In this document: positions 33,101-38,446 of the stretch, one piece after another
Layout: each line of letters starts with the position of its first letter
How positions within the stretch are numbered: position 1 is the stretch's first letter
Source of the DNA: Eubacteriales bacterium
Lineage (GTDB): Bacteria > Bacillota > Clostridia > Oscillospirales > CAG-272
DNA: 38,446 bases
Direction: 5' to 3'
Assembly (NCBI GenBank): GCA_045586105.1
Contig: JAZMZS010000135.1
Span: 1-38,446 of the forward strand
The notes under the pieces: model-generated
What the model was told of the DNA's origin: nothing
Database searches by the model: none
The model's input: only the letters and a program-made list of their open reading frames with translations
Program-made: the position numbers and the translations under genes

Positions 33101-34255
33101 GCGATCTACCTTACCCGCGCCGCTAACCTCTGCGACGTAGGCTACTCGGATCCTATCCTCATCTGGACTGCTGCAATGCAGGCAGACGGCAGAGGCTCTG
33201 AGATGAACAGTATCTGGGCTCCCCAGATAAACAAGATCGACGGCAAGTGGTACATCTACGCTACCTGCGCTGACGAATCGGTAGATACGGCAACCAGACT
33301 TCCCTACGTATGGGTAGGCGGAGAGGATCCCACCGATTCTTACTTCTTCCACGGAACGATAGATAACTACGATACCAAGGTAGACACCTACCTCGCACCC
33401 AGATTTATTGAGTACGGTGATCAGAGATATATCGTAAACGGAGGCTTCTACCGTAAGGAGCACAGAAGCGGACATCAGCAGTCGCTCTTTATCACCAAGC
33501 TCAAGTCTCCCACGGCGTTTGACGGCAAGCCCGTAGTAATTGCGACACCTACCACCGACTACGAGGATCACAAGATACTCGAAGGACCGATAGGTCTCGA
33601 ATCTCCCGGCGGTACGCTTTATCTCTGCTATGCGGCAGGACACACGAGAGGTCAGGAATACTGCACCGGTATCATGAAGTTCCTCGGAGGTAAGAATGAC
33701 ACTCTTGCCGATGCTTCACTCTGGCAGAAGTACGACGATCCTCTGCACTTTGTGGATTACTCCACAAGAGTATACTCTCCCGGAGCTATGATGTTCACGC
33801 ATGCGCCTGACGATCCCACTCAGATATGGGCAGTCTATCATGCAAAGAAGTACACATACACGGCATACACGATGCGCCGTCTCTACACACAGCCCCTCAC
33901 CTGGGAAAATGACTTCCCCGTAGTAGAGGACCCCAAGCCGGTGGATACCATCTTTACCTTCCCGCTGAACTCAAGATCGATAGAGTCCAGGATCTCGGGC
34001 TTCGGCTCGAACGGTGCGCTCGATTACACCGCACCCGATCCCGCACCTGCAGATCCCGAGTTTAACGATACCAAGCCCATAGAGGACAAGGCGGTTCAGG
34101 GAACAGAAGGAATCAGCGGTCTCACTCTCGGTCTTATCATCGGCGGTGCTGTAGCGGCAGTCGGCGCTGCTTGTGCAGGCGTGCTTGTTGTTGCAAAGAA
34201 GAAAAAGAAGGCAGACAAGGCACCCGAGGCAAAGGACAGCGAGATTAAAGAATAA
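30146..34255 (+). CDS. Giant surface protein: signal peptide + three tandem right-handed beta-helix (pectin-lyase-fold-like) modules + GH43-like five-bladed propeller + C-terminal TM anchor
   Basis: Signal peptide MKKNRLIAIIISLLTALVLSAVAMSAAA. Three module heads: VVFLSAKGKSTNDGLSADKPVNTMAAAYKKI, VYVSPSGKDDADGSASAPVKTLSAAAKLL, VFVADGGTGDGSSPLNPIGSFSEAAKLI. Each head is followed by periodic xxGGT(F/Y) rungs. GH43-like blocks: FTNPIAGYADPSV, IWAPQINKIDGKWYIY, ILEGPIGLESPGGTLYLCY. The end is LTLGLIIGGAVAAVGAACAGVLVVAKKKKK. Confidence 0.82.
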   Translation: MKKNRLIAIIISLLTALVLSAVAMSAAADSTQNVVFLSAKGKSTNDGLSADKPVNTMAAAYKKINGNGTIVLCGKYSVSFAADGKFPTSDGAVTITSVYDGVDYREKGAVFCIGANINIGSDMTIENVKIEPSSSPRIFCNGHNVKFGEGIETSANGRAPTVFGGRDLTEEGATIKNSQFFGFTLEVCSGTWQYVTCGNYRSGENCIIGVVGDVNLIINGGTFKATGAGNSDHEVVSGVAGSGLFGDLNMTINDGTFECSVFGMATCSMNGSRRIPGHQGDVRMTINGGNFKGTQIAAVQERTNFLDGDFYLDIKGGSFTSLFSTINADGVDGTAYYTVDPALEQFVSGFGANVYVSPSGKDDADGSASAPVKTLSAAAKLLPKGGRIILLGNINSKNETLDASEGTILITGKTSLEDRSANASLTVSGALTFGSDARFEYLTIKCASNAEICAGGHDLTIGAEVETYNSETETSEGGDVKVEGDLIVSGGDGAEAHKIVLNSGTYLTVRGGMSEAGTAVVINGGTYNGSVYGAGPVKTKGTASVLVNGGVIKANLWGSEKGSSASTGVSITGGHIYTAQIGAARKNSVGGEFSLGMWGGTFYAVPSISTEGAQKASAAADPSLAGAIASIENKVQNVFVADGGTGDGSSPLNPIGSFSEAAKLIGEAGGNIVIMDDVSINNLSTVLAKGPVTITSFGGGCDWSIADDARLVMSDSITISKQTLFDYITIFAAENNTYIAANSNKLEFGEHVTCLVHEGRGVEYPVSVYGGVYISGSSYGGVRATDVTIRSGWYYRVVGGNWRANGKNETARTITGDINLTIYGGLYTNMVAANGNNDLTGNATLNIYGGTFKCPVFGLANNSPDIHAENGTVKGDVTINIWGGTICGNLDASKDYKYNFTGKYTLNVYDGNLTRVTTIRGTEGMAAGACTSTINSDADLKFSEACSGEIEFTNPIAGYADPSVQYDADTGYYYYTYSGLYGGKQAIYLTRAANLCDVGYSDPILIWTAAMQADGRGSEMNSIWAPQINKIDGKWYIYATCADESVDTATRLPYVWVGGEDPTDSYFFHGTIDNYDTKVDTYLAPRFIEYGDQRYIVNGGFYRKEHRSGHQQSLFITKLKSPTAFDGKPVVIATPTTDYEDHKILEGPIGLESPGGTLYLCYAAGHTRGQEYCTGIMKFLGGKNDTLADASLWQKYDDPLHFVDYSTRVYSPGAMMFTHAPDDPTQIWAVYHAKKYTYTAYTMRRLYTQPLTWENDFPVVEDPKPVDTIFTFPLNSRSIESRISGFGSNGALDYTAPDPAPADPEFNDTKPIEDKAVQGTEGISGLTLGLIIGGAVAAVGAACAGVLVVAKKKKKADKAPEAKDSEIKE

Positions 34256-34266
34256 TCAACACAAGG

Positions 34267-34305
34267 GGACGGAAAGCGCTTTGGCTTTCCGTCCTTCTTG
34301 TTTTT
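34267..34305 (+). terminator. Rho-independent terminator after the GH43-like giant gene
   Basis: Perfect 11-bp stem GGACGGAAAGC / GCTTTCCGTCC with loop GCTTTG, then TTCTTGTTTTT. Confidence 0.85.
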
Positions 34306-34414
34306 AGAGATACATGCATTGTCATTTTTATTTGTTCGGCAGGATAGATCCGCTGTTGAATTATCCGCCAAGGCGTGCTATAATTGATCAAAAGACAATG
34401 TGGAGGTTCAGAGC

Positions 34415-37400
34415 ATGAAAAAGCATCTATACACGAGGCTGTTGTCCTGTCTGTTGGCTATCGGCATGACGATTCCATCGTTGTGCTTTACGGCACTCGG
34501 TTATACAGTGAGCGACGGAGCTTCCGCCTCGTATGCGGCAGCAACCGAGGGCATGGTGCTTCTCAAAAACGACAGGAAGGCTCTGCCTCTGAAAAGCACC
34601 GATAAGATCGCTGTATTCGGCGAAGGTCAGGTATATACCGACGGAAGGACGGGCGGATACTTTCTCATGGGCAGAGGAAGCGGAAAGTTTGTTCCTCACA
34701 AGACACCGTCATCCCCCTATGACCTACTCACGAGCTACGCCTCCAAGGGCAAGCTCGGCGGTGTTTATGACGGACTTGCATCCTCATACAAAAAGGCTGC
34801 CGCATCGGCGCCCGAGACTGACTTTTCATATTCTCCTGCCGCTGACGAGGTAAACGCCGCCGCGCGGTACGCGGACAAGGCAATATATATTCTCAACCGC
34901 ACCTCAGCCGAGGGAGCGGACAACTCGGCCGAGCTCTTCGGTCTTACGGCACACGAAAAGGAGGATCTCGAGCGGATCTGCGCCGCATTCTCGCCAAAGC
35001 CCGTCATCGTGGTATTAAACACGGGCTACGCCATGAGCTGCGGCTTTGCTCTCGGAGATGTAAAGGGAATATACGCCGATGCCCTGCTGACCGCTCCCTA
35101 CCTCGGTATTTGCGGTGTTGAAGCGCTCTGCGACGTTCTCGTAGGCGACGTCAATCCCTCGGGAAAGACGGCTGACACCTACGCACGAAGGATCAGCGAC
35201 TATCCGAGCTACGCAAGCTTCTCGCAAAACCGGCAGTACGCAAATTACGAGGAGGACATATTCGTCGGCTACAGATACTTTGAGACCTTCAAGCAGGACG
35301 CGGTGGACTTCCCATTCGGCTTCGGTCTTTCATACACTACCTTTTTCATCACGGACGTTGAATACTCAGAGTCTGACGGCAAGATCACCGTCAGCACCAA
35401 GGTCACAAACACAGGAGAGCGCGCAGGCAAGGAGGTAGTACAGCTGTACTTCTCCGCTCCGCAGAAGGGCACGGGAGGCGCGAAGCTGTCAAAGGCATCG
35501 CGGGAGCTTTGCGGATTTGCAAAAACGAAGCTTCTCTCCCCCGGGCAGAGCGAGACCGTCAGCGTCAGCTTTGATATCGACAGCATGGCATCCTATGACG
35601 ATATCGGTGTTACCTCTCACAGATCGGCGTACGTGCTTGAGGCGGGAGATTATACGGTATACGTCGGTAATTCTGTAAGAAATACGGTCGAGGCGGGCGT
35701 TCACAAGGAAGAGGCTCTCCGCGTAGCCGAGCAGCTGAGCGAGCTGTGCGAGCCGACGGTTCCCTTTTACAGAATGACCTATGACGGCAAGGAGCAGATA
35801 GGTGCTTCTTCAAGCTCCCGCACGGACATTCTGCACAAGCCCTCAGATGTAAAGACCTCAGCGCCCGATTCTCCCATTCAATTCTCCGAGGTAGCAACCG
35901 GCAAGGTAAGCATTGACGAATTTCTCTCCCAGATGACAGCCGAGGAGCTGTGCAGCTTTTCGGTAATGCAGCTCTCCTCCTCGGGCAACACCAAGGGCTG
36001 GGGCGCTTCCGAGCAGATCTCGGAAAAATACGGCATCCCCGTTGCAGACACCTATGACGGACCTGCGGGGGTGCGTACCTCGACCAAGGCAACAGGACTT
36101 CCCTGCGCTACGGCTCTCGCCTGCTCGTGGAATAAAGAAGCCGTCGCGGCACTCGGTGACGTAGTAGGCAGAGAGGCGCTTCTGTCCGAGGCTGACGTAT
36201 GGCTCGCTCCTGCCGTGAACATACACAGGATTCCCTTGTGCGGACGTAACTTCGAGTATTATTCGGAGGATCCGTATCTTTCGGGCTTGCTTGCAGGCAA
36301 GCTGATAGAAAACGTAGAAGCGCACGGCGTTGCCTGCTCGGTCAAGCACTTTGTCGGTAATGAGCGTGAGTATTACCGCTCCACGATGTCCTCGAACATG
36401 TCAGAGCGTGCTCTGCGCGAGATATACCTCGAGCCGTTCAGGATGGCTGTAGAGGCAGGTGTCAGCACGCTTATGACCTCCTACAACAAGCTCAACGGCA
36501 CAGAAACTGCCGAGAACGCCGAGCTGTTGCGCGGTATCCTGCGCGGCGAGTGGGGCTTTGACGGTCTTATTACGACAGACTGGTCAAACGCAGGCACTAC
36601 ACTTGCAGGTGAGCTTATAGGAGGAAACAACGTACACTCCTCCACCGATGCCGCAAAGCTCTCTACACAGTCCCTCATATCAGCGTTCCAATCGGGCAAG
36701 GTACCGCGCTCGCTTCTGTGTGAAAACGCAGCTTACGTGCTCAGGCTGATACTGAGCACTTCCGACGGAAAGAGGCTTGCCGATCCCGACGTTATCAGGA
36801 TAAAGGCAAGCGGAAAAACAAAATTCGAGGCGGAGGATTACACACTCAAGCACGCCTACGTCAGACCCGAGATATCGGGGAGCAGGACGGTGCTTGCTTA
36901 CACTAAATCAAACGGAACCGATTGGACCCCCTACGTATGCTACACTCTTGAAGCTGAGCGCGAGGGCTGGTACTTTCTTGAGGTGGATCTCGCAAACAAC
37001 GCATCCGTCATGCAATCGGATGCTCTCGAGATATATGTAAACGGAGAGGAGCGGCTATGCTCTTTCAACGCGCTCAACACGGGCGGATGGGCAAGCGTAA
37101 AGACGCTTCCCGTTACCAAGCTCTACCTCAAGGAGGGCATAAACACGCTCAAGGTAAAATGCGCAAAGGACCGCTCCTGCGGTAACTATGATGCATTCTC
37201 CCTCACTCCGCATGAAGAGGTATATACCGACATCAGCACCGCGGAGGAGCTGACAGCGCTCATGGCGGATAAGTCAAAATGGAGCGGAAAGTACCGTCTG
37301 AGTGCTGATATCGACCTTTCGGGAATGGAGGGGCAGGCTCCGATCGGAACGTACGACAAGAACTTCACGGGGCATTTTGACGGAATGGGACACAGCATCA

Positions 37401-38329
37401 CGGGACTTGATATCACCTCCTCGACCGAGCGTGATCTTGGACTGTTCGGAAAGGTCAAAAACGCGTATATTGCAGATCTCAAGATATACGGAAGTGTCCG
37501 CTCGGAATATCCGGGAGCAGTAGTCGGAGGGATCGTCGGCACGCTTGATCCCCGTTCGGTCATACTCGGATGCGAAAATCACGCCGAGGTCACCTATTCG
37601 GACACTACCGCCGATGCAAAGGGGGTCGGAGGCGTTGCGGGCTACATATACTCGGGCTCGGAGAAATCGGGCAGCGTGATAAAAGGCTGCACCAACTACG
37701 GCAGGATAAATTCAAACAGCGGCGAAAAGGCATCGAGAGCAGGTGGTATCGTCGGTGTTCTCCACAACGGAGGTGCAGGCATGAGCGAAGTCGTTGATTC
37801 GCTCAATCTCGGAGAGGTGCGCGCTGACGGAAGCCGCGCGGGGGGCATTGCAGGATACGCCTACCAGAGTGCAAACGGCGGCGGATGCTTTATTTCGGGA
37901 TGCGAGAACAGAGCAAACGTGACATCGGCGGGAAGCGAGGTCGGCGGTATAGTAGGATACATGACCACTCAGGCAAGCTCGGGAGAGCTTATGCTCGCAA
38001 TATCCGATTGTATAAACAGAGGAGAGGTAAGCGGTTCCTCGGACGTCGGAATCATTTCGGGAAGAAGTGCCGGCGGAAAAATTACGGGATGCGTGGATCT
38101 TCCCCCCCTTCCCGTTCCCGAAGAAACCACACCTCCCGAAACCGAAGCTGTACCCGAGACCGAAACGCAGGCGGCAGAGGAGAAGAAACCCTCCGCGACC
38201 GTAGGCACAGGGGCTGCTGCCGCGATCATAGCCGCAGTTGCGATCGCAACAGGAGGAGCGGTATTCGCCGCGCTGAAATTCGACGGGGCAAGTAAAAAAG
38301 ACAAGAAAGACAGCCGTGACGGCAGGTGA
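34415..38329 (+). CDS. Surface glycoside hydrolase family 3 with reversed domain order + CBM6/35-like module + GLUG-motif repeats + C-terminal TM anchor
   Basis: The ATG at 34415 has a GGAGG RBS, and a signal peptide is present. The GH3 C-terminal-type sandwich comes first (MVLLKNDRKALPL, VIVVLNTG, GDVNPSGKTADTY). The Fn3-like block is next (FGFGLSYTTF, VQLYF, YVLEAGDYTVYVG). Only then comes the GH3 barrel (LAPAVNIHRIPLCGRNFEYYSEDP, KHFVGNE, SYNKLNG, GLITTDWSN with the Asp codon at 36578-36580). After that: KFEAEDY...GNYDAFSL (CBM6-like); GLFG/GGIVG/GGVAG/GGIAG repeats; a PT/E-rich linker; and AAAAIIAAVAIATGGAVFAAL followed by a K/D/R-rich tail. Confidence 0.88.
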   Translation: MKKHLYTRLLSCLLAIGMTIPSLCFTALGYTVSDGASASYAAATEGMVLLKNDRKALPLKSTDKIAVFGEGQVYTDGRTGGYFLMGRGSGKFVPHKTPSSPYDLLTSYASKGKLGGVYDGLASSYKKAAASAPETDFSYSPAADEVNAAARYADKAIYILNRTSAEGADNSAELFGLTAHEKEDLERICAAFSPKPVIVVLNTGYAMSCGFALGDVKGIYADALLTAPYLGICGVEALCDVLVGDVNPSGKTADTYARRISDYPSYASFSQNRQYANYEEDIFVGYRYFETFKQDAVDFPFGFGLSYTTFFITDVEYSESDGKITVSTKVTNTGERAGKEVVQLYFSAPQKGTGGAKLSKASRELCGFAKTKLLSPGQSETVSVSFDIDSMASYDDIGVTSHRSAYVLEAGDYTVYVGNSVRNTVEAGVHKEEALRVAEQLSELCEPTVPFYRMTYDGKEQIGASSSSRTDILHKPSDVKTSAPDSPIQFSEVATGKVSIDEFLSQMTAEELCSFSVMQLSSSGNTKGWGASEQISEKYGIPVADTYDGPAGVRTSTKATGLPCATALACSWNKEAVAALGDVVGREALLSEADVWLAPAVNIHRIPLCGRNFEYYSEDPYLSGLLAGKLIENVEAHGVACSVKHFVGNEREYYRSTMSSNMSERALREIYLEPFRMAVEAGVSTLMTSYNKLNGTETAENAELLRGILRGEWGFDGLITTDWSNAGTTLAGELIGGNNVHSSTDAAKLSTQSLISAFQSGKVPRSLLCENAAYVLRLILSTSDGKRLADPDVIRIKASGKTKFEAEDYTLKHAYVRPEISGSRTVLAYTKSNGTDWTPYVCYTLEAEREGWYFLEVDLANNASVMQSDALEIYVNGEERLCSFNALNTGGWASVKTLPVTKLYLKEGINTLKVKCAKDRSCGNYDAFSLTPHEEVYTDISTAEELTALMADKSKWSGKYRLSADIDLSGMEGQAPIGTYDKNFTGHFDGMGHSITGLDITSSTERDLGLFGKVKNAYIADLKIYGSVRSEYPGAVVGGIVGTLDPRSVILGCENHAEVTYSDTTADAKGVGGVAGYIYSGSEKSGSVIKGCTNYGRINSNSGEKASRAGGIVGVLHNGGAGMSEVVDSLNLGEVRADGSRAGGIAGYAYQSANGGGCFISGCENRANVTSAGSEVGGIVGYMTTQASSGELMLAISDCINRGEVSGSSDVGIISGRSAGGKITGCVDLPPLPVPEETTPPETEAVPETETQAAEEKKPSATVGTGAAAAIIAAVAIATGGAVFAALKFDGASKKDKKDSRDGR

Positions 38330-38334
38330 TAGAG

Positions 38335-38446
38335 GTGAATATAGAAGCTGTTGCAACGATTCACAACGCGCATTGCGATAAATTCGGCATTCCGAGGCAG
38401 AGCGGACTTGCGGAGAGTGACGTTTCTTATATAGTATTCAAGGACA
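38335..38446 (+). CDS. 5' fragment of a tRNA (t6A37) methyltransferase TrmO/TsaA-like gene (runs off the window)
   Basis: GTG at 38335. Translation VNIEAVATIHNAHCDKFGIPRQSGLAESDVSYIVFKD matches the TsaA/YaeB N-terminal pattern (I..I.....KFG.PRQ.GL). Only 37 codons are visible and the start codon is uncertain. Confidence 0.55.
   Translation, partial: MNIEAVATIHNAHCDKFGIPRQSGLAESDVSYIVFKD

Overview
GC-rich Gram-positive chromosomal window. It looks Clostridia-like: dockerin-bearing enzymes, GGAGG-type RBSs and tightly packed operons.

Left ~8 kb (housekeeping and small genes):
- an edge-truncated AraC regulator
- a visibly AT-rich islet encoding a small multi-TM protein
- an array of GTGATGT motifs plus hairpins
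- tRNA-Cys(GCA)
- the conserved rpmH-rnpA-yidD-yidC-jag-mnmE cluster
- a small acidic membrane-anchored protein, an RNHCP zinc-ribbon protein and mtnN

Remaining ~30 kb (carbohydrate-active accessory region):
1. Two secreted dockerin proteins and a cytoplasmic GH31. One dockerin protein is a BNR/Asp-box propeller with a CBM9-like module. The other combines a beta-helix, an internal dockerin, an ARH-like domain and CBM-like modules.
2. A cytoplasmic island governed by two AraC regulators. It holds three xylose-isomerase-like TIM-barrel proteins, a Gfo/Idh/MocA oxidoreductase, a CE15-like esterase, a PHP phosphoesterase, a P-loop kinase-like protein, and two paralogous 620-660 aa proteins I cannot assign to any named family.
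3. An orphan ABC-type solute-binding lipoprotein followed by two giant surface enzymes with C-terminal membrane anchors. One has three beta-helix modules plus a GH43-like domain. The other is a domain-permuted GH3 with a CBM6-like module and GLUG repeats.

The window ends in the 5' end of a TrmO/TsaA-like gene. I saw no rRNA, CRISPR, transposase, integrase or phage genes.

Best candidate for an undescribed system: the AraC-controlled oxidoreductase / dual TIM-barrel / esterase operon together with the two paralogous unknown proteins. I read it as a possible oxidation-elimination (non-hydrolytic) glycoside-cleavage system. All functional calls rest on motif recognition by eye; no searches were run.
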